Positions 1-9,145 of a DNA stretch of 64,000 nt are shown in pieces. The position numbers and the translations under genes are program-made. Source of the stretch: an uncultured bacterium (GTDB taxonomy: Bacteria; Abyssobacteria; SURF-5); the NCBI GenBank assembly GCA_964607485.1, contig CAZSKP010000001.1, forward strand, positions 96,001 to 160,000. The letters are read 5' to 3'. Each line of letters opens with the position of its first letter. Positions within the stretch are counted from its first letter, which is position 1. The notes beneath the pieces are model-generated. The model ran no database searches and was not told the origin of the DNA. It saw nothing but the letters and a program-made list of their open reading frames with translations.

Positions 1-101
1 GGGGCACCTCGGGATTCTTCGAGGGGTCGTATTTCGCGGAAATGGGGACGACTCGCGCACCCGCGACATCAGGAGTGTCGGCTCCGCTCGTCTTCGCTCT
101 A

Positions 102-2072
102 TTAGAAGTGCAGGGTTACGGAATCAATCTCAATGGACGTTTCCGGCTGGTCGCTCAATCGTAATCCTAATTTGAGAATCGGTTCGAGCATCGACCATCC
201 GTTGATATAGAGAGGTATGGTGTATGTGTGAAACATTCCGTCGTTCTTCACTGAGAACGTTATACATTTCCGTCCGTCATATGTCGGATCGTTTGCCGTT
301 ATCCACAATAGCTGACCCTGAAGGGTCTCTTTCCGGCGGTTGATTGCCCGGTAGACGACTTGAACGCACTTGACATTCTCACCCAGGTAGGGGCTGCTGA
401 GCATCGAAAAAGAGCCCGATGTGATATATGTAAGCTCCTTGCTCTGTCTGTTACGTACGAGCGCCAACTCATGCACCGGTGTCCACTGATAGAAATCCAG
501 GCGTCTCGAGAAATCCCAATGCACTGAGTGATCGGAACGTGGCACACGAGATACCGGGAAAATCTGCTGGAATCTCCTCTTTGCTTTATCCCATTTAAAG
601 AGATAGTGCTTCGTCTGTCCCGACTCACAGACGGTGGTCTCGGGAGATTTCACAAATGGGCGAGTCCATCGATACGCGACTTTGTATTGACATCCCCTCT
701 TCTCTCCGAGCAGCGAGAAACAATCGGGAAGCCCGATAGGGAAACAGATGATTCCATGGTCAAATTCCGGGATATCGAAGAAATAGACTCTGCTACGTCC
801 TTCTATGAGTGGCTCGACATCCTCCTTAAAGCTTTCTTGTATCCTCTTGGAGGTCTGCCAGGCATGCGACCAGTCGCGACCCGTGGCCATGGTGTTCGCC
901 GAATACAGGGCTATCAGCAGGCAGGCCAATACCGCCGCAGGTTTTTTCAACCGAGTTGACTCCATCGGGACGGCAAACATCTGGCCAAGAATAATTGCAA
1001 AGCCTACCGAGGGCAGGTAAAAGAACCGACCGCCGATATTTGCCAGGCTGACCGTTGGAAAAGACGTTACAACCACCCAAGCCACTCCAAAGAGGACGGT
1101 GGTTCTGGTTTTCTTGTCGCCCAGCATACACAAAACCAGAATTATGGAAATTAGGGCAACCGCAAACACAACGAGCCACTGCGCTTTTTCGAAACTCATG
1201 AAGGGAACTGCGAACTTCTCGATTACAAACCAATAATCTAGAAGCACTTTGGGATGAAGAAACTTGCCGACAGGCACGCGTGACAATCCGTAAAGCGGCA
1301 GCACCCGATTCCTGAACACGAGATACACGAAGAACAGTGCGAAATAGGGCCCGCTCAACAACAGCGCGTTCGAAAAGAGCTTTCGGTTGACTTTCTTGTC
1401 AAAGAGCCGAACGAATGAAAAGACGAAGATGACCGCAGGCAGCACAATAACATTTTCCTTGGACAATATGGCACACATCGCAGCGGCAAGCGATCCGACA
1501 TAGTAGAGATATCGTTTCCGCTCGAGAAAGAGAATTAAGAAGATCAACGAGAGCAAGAAAAAAAAGGTGCACAGGGTATCAAAGAAGTAAAGGATACCCA
1601 TTACAGCTTCGATATGGCCCGTAAAGACCGAAAAGACGCCCGCACCGACGAGAGCGACAGCATTCTTCTGAAACATCTTTCTTATGAGAATGTAAACGAG
1701 CACTGCATTGGCTACATGAATGCTCAAAGTGAATAAATGGTAGTAGAAAGGGGCGAGCGCAAAAAGCTTATAGAGGGGCAACAAAATAAGATACGGAAGG
1801 GGACGGAAATAAGCGGTGCCTGACCTCGCTAGATTAATCAGACCCTTCCAGGAAAAAGCGAGATGTTCAAACTCCCAGAAGAAGGTGAAATCGTCGGCCA
1901 GGAATTGCCCATTGACTTTGGCTGAAAAGACAATGAAGTTGAGGGCGATGAGGAGAAGTATTGATGAGTTGCGTCGTAGCAAGTCTTTAATGTCGCATCC
2001 CATGGAAGAGTGTTGAACCGGCACAGGTACTCCTGGGTCTCTCGCAAGAACCAGTATAACAGAAAGCGACAC
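102..2072 (-). CDS. Multi-pass membrane glycosyltransferase (GT-C, ArnT/PMT-like) with soluble C-terminal domain
   Basis: Many hydrophobic segments; GT-C-like motifs FLADDF, YFRPL, LSKENV, RFFYLP. True start may be later (e.g. MGCDIK). Lower GC than neighbours. Confidence 0.75.
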   Translation of the reverse strand: MSLSVILVLARDPGVPVPVQHSSMGCDIKDLLRRNSSILLLIALNFIVFSAKVNGQFLADDFTFFWEFEHLAFSWKGLINLARSGTAYFRPLPYLILLPLYKLFALAPFYYHLFTLSIHVANAVLVYILIRKMFQKNAVALVGAGVFSVFTGHIEAVMGILYFFDTLCTFFFLLSLIFLILFLERKRYLYYVGSLAAAMCAILSKENVIVLPAVIFVFSFVRLFDKKVNRKLFSNALLLSGPYFALFFVYLVFRNRVLPLYGLSRVPVGKFLHPKVLLDYWFVIEKFAVPFMSFEKAQWLVVFAVALISIILVLCMLGDKKTRTTVLFGVAWVVVTSFPTVSLANIGGRFFYLPSVGFAIILGQMFAVPMESTRLKKPAAVLACLLIALYSANTMATGRDWSHAWQTSKRIQESFKEDVEPLIEGRSRVYFFDIPEFDHGIICFPIGLPDCFSLLGEKRGCQYKVAYRWTRPFVKSPETTVCESGQTKHYLFKWDKAKRRFQQIFPVSRVPRSDHSVHWDFSRRLDFYQWTPVHELALVRNRQSKELTYITSGSFSMLSSPYLGENVKCVQVVYRAINRRKETLQGQLLWITANDPTYDGRKCITFSVKNDGMFHTYTIPLYINGWSMLEPILKLGLRLSDQPETSIEIDSVTLHF

Positions 2073-2243
2073 GATTTTTGCAAGAGCGGCCGAGAAATCG
2101 AGGTGGAGATTTGAGCAGCCTATAGCGGTCAGGCATTACCCGAGCGGGTGGAGGCGGGCCGTGCGCAGTAGCCGGCACAGACGGAAATTATGCAGAGGCC
2201 GTCGAGGAGAAATTCCCGGCGGCCTTCGGCGTGTTGTCCTTCG

Positions 2244-2774
2244 TTACTCGACGAGCACAATCCCGAAATACTGGCCGGGACAATCGTAGTCCTTCACCAC
2301 CTCGATGGTGTACCCGTTGTTGCGGACCGTCTGGTAAACGTCGATGCCGGAGCCTTCCATCGAGGGCCTGAGCTGTTGCGGGAAGCGGCATCCCGCCTTG
2401 AGCGCGCAGGCGTCGCATTGGTGGCACGGGCCTTCTCCCATCGACCACGCCTTGTAATAACCCGACAGGAACACCTCGCGCTCCAGGGGAACGATGACGG
2501 AGTTCACCTTCAAGAGTTCGCCTTTTACGAGGATCGCCGTCTTGTAGCAGTCGAGTATCGCCCGTGTCTGCTCCGGCGTGGGCGAGTAGGGCGGGCACGA
2601 GAGCCTCCTGCCGTAGCCCGCGCAGCCGAACTGGCACCGCATTCGTACCCATGGAGCCGTGACGACGGTATCGGCCGAGACGACCTTCGCTTCCTTCGCC
2701 CCCAGCTCGAGCGCACGCGTGCAGAAACGAGCCATGCCGGATTTTGCAGACACGTCCTTCTTCCGCTTTGCCAT
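2244..2774 (-). CDS. DUF2284-like Cys-rich metal-binding protein
   Basis: WVRMRCQFGC, SCPP, GPCHQCDAC, CRFP..RPSMEGSGIDV motifs; start taken at MAKRKK. Confidence 0.8.
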   Translation of the reverse strand: MAKRKKDVSAKSGMARFCTRALELGAKEAKVVSADTVVTAPWVRMRCQFGCAGYGRRLSCPPYSPTPEQTRAILDCYKTAILVKGELLKVNSVIVPLEREVFLSGYYKAWSMGEGPCHQCDACALKAGCRFPQQLRPSMEGSGIDVYQTVRNNGYTIEVVKDYDCPGQYFGIVLVE

Positions 2775-2957
2775 TTGAAGTTTCCTTTCCCGAGAAAAGC
2801 GTTCCGGAGAGATGTCAGGCAAATTCTAGTTTACCATGAACCGGAGGGGCGGTCAAATTGCTTCCTTGAAGAATGAAGATGCGCCGACAGCTTTGTCAAG
2901 GGTGAGAGATTTTCGTCTCGTAGATCGCCAGCGGAAGGGAGAAAAGGCGGGCCCCTG

Positions 2958-3113
2958 TCACATTACGTAATTGCCACGGGTCATCGCGAAGTACATGAAG
3001 ATGACGAGCAGAATCAAGCCTATGGTGAGAAAGATCAGGAACCTCACCGTATTGGCGGCCGGCGGGGGGTTGTCGCCCTTGCTCTTCTTTTTTTTGCGCT
3101 TGCGCTTTGCCAT
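2958..3113 (-). CDS. 51-aa small single-pass membrane protein (absent from ORF track)
   Basis: Manual translation MAKRKRKKKKSKGDNPPPAANTVRFLIFLTIGLILLVIFMYFAMTRGNYVM*: basic N-terminus plus one TM helix; co-oriented with neighbours. Confidence 0.6.
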   Translation of the reverse strand: MAKRKRKKKKSKGDNPPPAANTVRFLIFLTIGLILLVIFMYFAMTRGNYVM

Positions 3114-3160
3114 CTATCGATGATGTGCTCCCGGGAGATTACGTTGCCGGTCGCGGTTGC

Positions 3161-3346
3161 TCACTTCTTGCCAAGCTCCATGTAATATTCCAGGCACCGC
3201 CTGCAGCCGCCGTCCGACTGCTTCCAGTCCGGATGCTCTTTCGAAATTCTGTCGAGCACATATTTTTCCGTCTCGAAGTGGGCGTGAAAGTGCTCTCTCG
3301 ATATTTCCGAACCGCACAGGGGGCAGATAACCTTCTTCATGAACAT
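3161..3346 (-). CDS. Small putative zinc-binding protein
   Basis: CPLC..HxxH..CRRC; strong RBS GAAGGAGG upstream. Confidence 0.7.
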   Translation of the reverse strand: MFMKKVICPLCGSEISREHFHAHFETEKYVLDRISKEHPDWKQSDGGCRRCLEYYMELGKK

Positions 3347-3564
3347 ATATCCCTCCTTCGCGAGGATGGATTTCCCATGCCTTGGCGCGGCGAATCCCTT
3401 CGATGCTGCCGCTTGTCATTATTATATCGAAACGGCGTCGCAGAGGCAAGTTGCCAGGCTGGACTTGTTTTTTCGCGGCTGGTATGGTATTTTTATTATG
3501 TGGGTTGTCGTAGAGAGCGCCGATGACGAGTCCGGCTCTTTTCGCTGCGGTCTGGTGATTCAGA

Positions 3565-3930
3565 ATGCCCGAGCCTGCAACCAAGAGGAATTCTCACAGG
3601 AGTACGGAAAGGTACCAGTGCCCGCCGTTCTTTTCGGCTCGCATCACCAGCGGCGGAAAGGTCGAGGAGCGCGCCACGGTGGAGAATCTCAGTCTGCGCG
3701 GGTTGAACGCCAGGACATCGTGCAGCTTCGGGCGAGGCAGCGTCGCCGAGGTCGAGTTAGCGAGCAAGTATGTCGCGCCCGTCAAGGTTCGAGCGCGTGT
3801 GAAGTGGGTGACGCCGCCGGAGTGCGAGGGAGCTTCGCATGTCGTCGGCTTTTCAATACTCAGAGTCCGCATCGCCGACTGGTTCAGGTTCATGAGGCTT
3901 ATTGCCCAAGTCAAGAAGGAAGTGTGGTAG
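3565..3930 (+). CDS. PilZ domain protein
   Basis: RxxxR (RSTER), NxSxxG (NLSLRG), ARVKW..GFSI. Confidence 0.75.
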   Translation: MPEPATKRNSHRSTERYQCPPFFSARITSGGKVEERATVENLSLRGLNARTSCSFGRGSVAEVELASKYVAPVKVRARVKWVTPPECEGASHVVGFSILRVRIADWFRFMRLIAQVKKEVW

Positions 3931-4329
3931 ATGTTCACATCAGAGGTTCCACTGAAATCGCCCCGCGATTATGACGGTCCCGAGAGGCGGGTGGCTCCGA
4001 GGATTGAGGTAAATTACCCGATCCGAGTTCGGTTCGCCCTGCCCACGGGCGAACAACTCGAGAGATACTCTCAGATCAGGAACGTCTCATCCGCAGGCCT
4101 TCTCTTTACGTGTATGGATTCGCTTGAACCGGGCACCGAGGTGGACGTATCCATCGGGATTCCGTTCGTGCACGCCGCTTCGCTACCCATGGCGCAGCTC
4201 AACGGCGAGGCGCTGGTGCTACGTTCCGGTTCGCCCGGCCCGGACGAAGAATATGCGGTCGGCAGGGAGGTCGCCCTGAAATTCCTCAAGCCGCCGACCC
4301 TCTCGACCGAACTCTCAATGTTCGACTGA
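3931..4329 (+). CDS. PilZ domain protein
   Basis: ERRVAPR and NVSSAG motifs; VALKF near C-terminus. Confidence 0.8.
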   Translation: MFTSEVPLKSPRDYDGPERRVAPRIEVNYPIRVRFALPTGEQLERYSQIRNVSSAGLLFTCMDSLEPGTEVDVSIGIPFVHAASLPMAQLNGEALVLRSGSPGPDEEYAVGREVALKFLKPPTLSTELSMFD

Positions 4330-4450
4330 CGCCGCCCTTACCCCTTCAGCGTTGTTTGACCCCACCATTCGGAAGCGGCGTTTCCTATCCGGCGCATCAT
4401 TCAGCGCGGGGCGGTGGGACGCCACACGCATCCTGTGGCACTTCCCTGTA

Positions 4451-4852
4451 CTATATGATTTCGCTCGTCGGCTGAGGCAAATTCCCGATGTAACCGCTCC
4501 TGCGAAACCCAAGCGCCTCGTGCATCTTGACTGAGACTTCGTTGTCCTCCTCGGTCGAACTGAACAGCTTTCCGTTCATCGAATGCCGGGCGACCTTCTC
4601 GATCAACCTTCGTGCGATTCCACGCCGCCTGAAATCCGGGTGCACGAGCAGCAGCGATATGTAGAGGCAACCGATGAAGTTCGTCTCGAACGTAATCAGG
4701 CCCACGACGCGGCTGCCATCGGCGGCCACATACATCCGGCGATGCCCGATTCGTTGCCGCAGGAATCGTCTCCGTTTGTCGCTGCCGACGACTATCCGGT
4801 GTAGCTCCGCACACTGCTCGTGATCGTCTTCCGTCGCGATTCGCAGTTCCAT
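4451..4852 (-). CDS. GNAT family acetyltransferase (possibly slightly truncated)
   Basis: VHPDFRRRGIA acetyl-CoA motif; N..S..HEALGF. Confidence 0.85.
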   Translation of the reverse strand: MELRIATEDDHEQCAELHRIVVGSDKRRRFLRQRIGHRRMYVAADGSRVVGLITFETNFIGCLYISLLLVHPDFRRRGIARRLIEKVARHSMNGKLFSSTEEDNEVSVKMHEALGFRRSGYIGNLPQPTSEII

Positions 4853-4864
4853 AGGGGGGCTCCT

Positions 4865-5692
4865 TCAGGAGGAGGGAAGTCTGAGATGGTGTTCCTTGAT
4901 ATACTTGAGCGTTGTCGGCAGTTGGTCCGGTGTCATCTCGAGGGTCATCAGCGCGCGCACTTTCTTCTCGCGGAGCAGCCGGTAGGCTCGTCGGTAGTCC
5001 ACGTTTCCCTCGCCGAAGGCAAGGTGCAGGTCGTTCTCCGCATCGTTGTCGTTGATGTGAACCTTGACGACGTATTTCCCCAGCACGTCAACCCATTCTT
5101 CGAGCGGCACGGCCGAGTAGACGTTTACGTGGCCGATGTCGAGGCAGATCTGCATGTTGGGTGAATCGACCGTCTCGATCACCCTTCGCAGCAGATAGGG
5201 CGCGTTCAAAAACATGTTTTCAATCGCGATGACGATGCCCAGCCTTCTCGCGTGATTGACGACGGGCTTCCAAATTTTCATGCTCGTCTTGAGCCAGATT
5301 TCGCGGTAGTCTTTCGGAACCAGCGGGTTGAGCCCGAGGTGGAACACGACTATCTTGGCCTTCAGCAGTGCGCTGATGTTGAGCGCGCGCATGAAGTTGA
5401 ACTTCGTGTAATCGCGAATTATCGTGTCCTGGCTTCCCGGGTTGAGGTCGAACAGCGGGCCGTGGACGCTCACGCCGACGCCCTCGGCTTCGAGCCGCTC
5501 GCCCATCGTCTTCACTTCGGCGCGGGGGAAGTTGCGAATCCAGCCGGTGTCGTACATCATCACCTCGACATCCAGATTGTTCGCTTTCAGGAATTCGAGA
5601 TTTTCTTCGAGCGCTTCAAAGGGGATGGTGACGGCGTAGCGAGCATTGTTGATTCGGTTTCCGCTATCGTGTCTTTTTCGGCCTGAAGGCAT
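4865..5692 (-). CDS. Sugar phosphate isomerase/epimerase (AP endonuclease 2 / xylose isomerase-like TIM barrel)
   Basis: HGP..DLNPG, IENM, CLDIGH, HINDN..DLH, TLE. Confidence 0.85.
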   Translation of the reverse strand: MPSGRKRHDSGNRINNARYAVTIPFEALEENLEFLKANNLDVEVMMYDTGWIRNFPRAEVKTMGERLEAEGVGVSVHGPLFDLNPGSQDTIIRDYTKFNFMRALNISALLKAKIVVFHLGLNPLVPKDYREIWLKTSMKIWKPVVNHARRLGIVIAIENMFLNAPYLLRRVIETVDSPNMQICLDIGHVNVYSAVPLEEWVDVLGKYVVKVHINDNDAENDLHLAFGEGNVDYRRAYRLLREKKVRALMTLEMTPDQLPTTLKYIKEHHLRLPSS

Positions 5693-6044
5693 CCTTAATC
5701 ACCTCAACACGAGGGCGTTTCTTTTCGTCTTCCATTGTCACGGCGACGACGTCGAAGCGGCATTCGCCATCCTCGATGCGGTTCTTCTGCATGTACCATC
5801 GGGCGGCGTTGCAGAGCCGCTTCCGTTTGCGGGCGAGGATGGTTTCCTGCGGCAGTCCAAACTCGACCGAGCTTCGCGTTCTGACTTCCACGAAAACCAG
5901 GCACTTGCCGTCGCGGGCGACGATATCGATCTCGCCCGCCGGCGTGCGAAAGTTTCGCTCCACAATCTTGTAGCGCGATTTCTTCAGCGCCCGGACCGCG
6001 TGGTCTTCTCCTTCCGCGCCTCGTTCGATGTGTATTGCCGTCAA
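5664..6044 (-). CDS. yraN: YraN family (UPF0102) putative endonuclease
   Basis: GAEGE, ERNFR..GEIDIVA, FVEVRTR, RFDVV. Confidence 0.92.
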   Translation of the reverse strand: MTAIHIERGAEGEDHAVRALKKSRYKIVERNFRTPAGEIDIVARDGKCLVFVEVRTRSSVEFGLPQETILARKRKRLCNAARWYMQKNRIEDGECRFDVVAVTMEDEKKRPRVEVIKDAFRPKKTR

Positions 6045-6048
6045 CGCA

Positions 6049-6762
6049 TCATTCCTTTTGGAGAAGGAATATTCGGATTTCGCCGAAGATCTGCGTCTGC
6101 CGTGCGGCCAGCTCCTTGAGCCGTATCAGTTCCAGCAGGGCGAGGAAGGTGGAAATCAGGATGGCCTTCGTCTTCACGCCTCCCTCGAATATTTCGTCGA
6201 GCAGCATGTTTTGTTTTTCGCGGAGTCGAGTCCTGATCTCCTCCATCTTCTCCTCTATGCTTACCTCTTCGAGCGTGATCTCGCTGAACGATTCCTCGGC
6301 TGCGTATTCCAGCACGCGCTTGAAAGCCTGCAGGAGCTCGAACAGAGACACATCAATCAACGGTTCGCCCGTCTCGCCGTCGGTCTCCTCCCTGAAGCTC
6401 CGTTGAAAGAACTTGCTCTCCGAAACGGCTTTTTCCTCGAGATGGCCGGCAAACTCCTTGTACTTCTTGTATTCGAGAATCTGTTCGATGAGCTCGAACC
6501 TCGGGTCTTCCTCCTGCTCCTCTTCGACGGTCTGGGTCGGCAGCAGCATGCGCGATTTTATCTCCATCAAGGTGGCCGCCATCAGGAGGAACTCGCTGGC
6601 GATCTCCAGGTCGAGCTCCCTCATCAATTTCAGATATTCTATGTATTGGTCCGTGATGGTGGAGATGGGGATGTCGTAGATATCGACTTCGTTCATCTTG
6701 ATAAGATGGAGGAGCAGGTCGAGCGGTCCCTCGAAGTTGCTGAGTTTGAGTTTGTAGGTCAT
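6049..6762 (-). CDS. scpA: Segregation and condensation protein A
   Basis: FEGPLDLLLHLI, FLLMAATL..IKSRMLLP, FLALLEL; ATGA overlap with trpS stop. Confidence 0.95.
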   Translation of the reverse strand: MTYKLKLSNFEGPLDLLLHLIKMNEVDIYDIPISTITDQYIEYLKLMRELDLEIASEFLLMAATLMEIKSRMLLPTQTVEEEQEEDPRFELIEQILEYKKYKEFAGHLEEKAVSESKFFQRSFREETDGETGEPLIDVSLFELLQAFKRVLEYAAEESFSEITLEEVSIEEKMEEIRTRLREKQNMLLDEIFEGGVKTKAILISTFLALLELIRLKELAARQTQIFGEIRIFLLQKE

Positions 6763-7745
6763 ATCAGCATCGCCTTTCGGACATCCTTCATTGTGGCCTT
6801 CGCGGCGGTCCTCGCCCGTTCGGCGCCCTCGGTGAGAATCTCTCTGACGCGTTCGGGGTCGGATGCCAGCTCGGAGCGGACGGCCCTGAACGGCCGCATG
6901 TATTCGTTCAGATATTCGGCCAGCGCACGCTTGTCCTCCACGCAGCCGACCTCGGCCGTGCGGCATTCGCGGTTCACGCGTTCCACCCATTCCGCCGGCG
7001 CGAAAATCTTCTGCAGGTCGAAAACCGGGCAGATGTCCGGATTGCCGGGGTCGGTCCTAAGCTTGCGGGCGGGGTCGGTGAGCATCTTCATCACCTTTTC
7101 GGTGGTTTCTTCCTCGGAGTCCGAGAGCAGGATGGCGTTGCCGTACCTCTTACTCATCTTTTTGCCGTCGATACCCCGCACGAGCGGCGTCTCGGTCAGA
7201 AGCGACTGGGGTTCGGGAAAAACGTTGCCGTAAAGATGGCGAAACCTTCGGGAGAGTTCGCGAGTGAATTCGAGGTGGGGGACCTGGTCCTGTCCGACGG
7301 GAACGGCGTCCGCCTTGTAAATGAGAATGTCTGCGGCCTGGAGCAGCGGATAGCCGAGGAATCCGTGTGTCGAAATATCGCGGCCCTTGTATTCCTCCAG
7401 CGCCTCCTTGTAAGTGGGCACACGCTCGAGCCAGCCGAGCGGCGTTATCATCGAAAACAGCAGGTAGAGTTCGGCGTGCTCCTTCACGTGAGATTGAACG
7501 AAGATGACGCTCTTTTCCGGGTCAAGCCCGGCCGCGAGCCAATCGACCACCATCTCGATGATGTCCGATTGGATGGCCCCGGAATTTTCGTATTCAGTCG
7601 TCAGGGCATGCCAGTCGGCGACCATGTAAAACGTTTCGTTGCCTTCGTCCTGCAGGCGTTTCCAGTTGCTGAGAGCCCCGAGAAGATGACCGATGTGGAG
7701 CTTCCCGCTGGGGCGCATTCCGCTCAGTATCCTCATTTTCTCCAT
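6759..7745 (-). CDS. trpS: Tryptophan--tRNA ligase
   Basis: SGMRPSGKLHIGH, YPLLQAADIL, VPVGQDQ, KMSKR; real start MEKMRIL. Confidence 0.97.
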   Translation of the reverse strand: MEKMRILSGMRPSGKLHIGHLLGALSNWKRLQDEGNETFYMVADWHALTTEYENSGAIQSDIIEMVVDWLAAGLDPEKSVIFVQSHVKEHAELYLLFSMITPLGWLERVPTYKEALEEYKGRDISTHGFLGYPLLQAADILIYKADAVPVGQDQVPHLEFTRELSRRFRHLYGNVFPEPQSLLTETPLVRGIDGKKMSKRYGNAILLSDSEEETTEKVMKMLTDPARKLRTDPGNPDICPVFDLQKIFAPAEWVERVNRECRTAEVGCVEDKRALAEYLNEYMRPFRAVRSELASDPERVREILTEGAERARTAAKATMKDVRKAMLI

Positions 7746-7768
7746 CTGCTTCTCCGTTGCATTCCTCC

Positions 7769-9145
7769 TTACCCGACTTCGTTGTAGTGTCGCTCTCTGA
7801 ATGCCACGCCCAGCTCCTCGCATGCGAGTTTCCTGCACGCCTCGAGCTCGCCGGGGTCCGTATCGAGCGCTGTCACGCTGACTTCCAGAATGTGCTTCTT
7901 GCATTCCCGTATGAACTCCACGACCGACGCGAACGTCTCCGGCCCGAACCTCGGCCTGCACAGGTCGAAATACTTTTCGGCGCTGGAGCTGTTGAGACTT
8001 ATCGAGACCGAATCGATCAGCCCCTTCAACTCGGGCACGACATTGCGGCCGTGGATGAGGTTGGCCTGCCCGTTCGTGTTGACGCGCACCTTGTAGCCGG
8101 AACGCTTCAGCCGGCTCGCCACCTGCTTTATCACGTCGAGACGCAGGAAAGGCTCGCCCAATCCGCAGAACACCACCTCTTTGAAAGACCGACCCCGTTC
8201 GGCCTTGAGCGCGTCCATGATTTCGTCGGCGCTCGGGTCGCGCTTGAGCGAGAGGTTGTGTCCCTTCACGTAGGGGCTCTTGAACCGCGTGCAGAACGTG
8301 CATTCGTTCGTGCATGCGCCCGTGACGTTTATATAGAGCGAATCCCTTATTGGGTAAACCACGACGTCGCCGTTCTCGGCCATCGGCAAACCAAAGAGCT
8401 GCTTTGCGTTCAGAGAGGTCATGCGGTCGATGTCGTCCACGCTCAGGCCCTTTATCCGCGCCAGTTCCTCGGCGACGAACCGGACAAACGCCGGCTCGTT
8501 CCGCTTTCCCCTCTTCGGCTGTGGCGTGAGATAGGGCGCATCGGTTTCTATGACCATTCTCTCTATCGGCACTTGCTCGACGACCGAGCGCAGGCGGTTT
8601 GCGTTCGGGTACGTGAGCGGCCCCGCGACGGAGATGTGGAATCCCCATTCGAGCGCCTTCGTGGCAAGCTGGGCGTCGCCGGAAAAACAATGCATCACTC
8701 CGCCGACCAGCCTCGGGGCGTGCTTCGACAGTATTTCGGCGGTGGGACCGTGCGCGTCGCGGTCGTGTATGATGACGGGCAGCCCCAGCTCCTCCGCCAC
8801 TGCGAGCTGGGCTTCGAACGCCTTGCGTTGTTTATCCCGCGGTGAGAGATCGCGATAGAAATCGAGGCCGATCTCGCCGATTGCGACCACCTTCGGATGC
8901 TGGGCCAGTCGCCGCAGCTCTTGCACGGCGGAGTCGTCCAGCGATGAGGCGTCGTGCGGATGCACGCCCACGCTGGCCAGGAGCCTGCCGCTCTGCTCGG
9001 ACATCGCGATGGCCCTCTTGCTCGACTCGATGTCGAAGCCGATGACAACGATGTATTCCACACCCGCCTCCTCGGCGTTGTCGAGCACCTTCGGCCAGTC
9101 TTCCCCGAATTCCGGCATCTGCAAATGTGCGTGGCTGTCGATCAC
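7769..9145 (-). CDS. TatD family hydrolase fused to TatD-associated radical SAM domain
   Basis: DSHAH, GEIGLD, HCFSG, ETDAP (TatD), then LYINVTGACTNECTFC (CxxxCxxC) and FCGLGEP; GTG start overlaps metG stop. Confidence 0.92.
   Translation of the reverse strand: MIDSHAHLQMPEFGEDWPKVLDNAEEAGVEYIVVIGFDIESSKRAIAMSEQSGRLLASVGVHPHDASSLDDSAVQELRRLAQHPKVVAIGEIGLDFYRDLSPRDKQRKAFEAQLAVAEELGLPVIIHDRDAHGPTAEILSKHAPRLVGGVMHCFSGDAQLATKALEWGFHISVAGPLTYPNANRLRSVVEQVPIERMVIETDAPYLTPQPKRGKRNEPAFVRFVAEELARIKGLSVDDIDRMTSLNAKQLFGLPMAENGDVVVYPIRDSLYINVTGACTNECTFCTRFKSPYVKGHNLSLKRDPSADEIMDALKAERGRSFKEVVFCGLGEPFLRLDVIKQVASRLKRSGYKVRVNTNGQANLIHGRNVVPELKGLIDSVSISLNSSSAEKYFDLCRPRFGPETFASVVEFIRECKKHILEVSVTALDTDPGELEACRKLACEELGVAFRERHYNEVG

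Noticed and set aside
4451-4453. Pyrrolysine readthrough of the GNAT TAG
   Set aside because: No pyl genes in the window, and TAG is used as a normal stop by several genes here.
7746-8690. Long N-terminal extension of TrpS in the 643-aa ORF
   Set aside because: Overlaps the TatD-rSAM gene in another frame; TrpS motifs and a strong RBS place the start near 7745.
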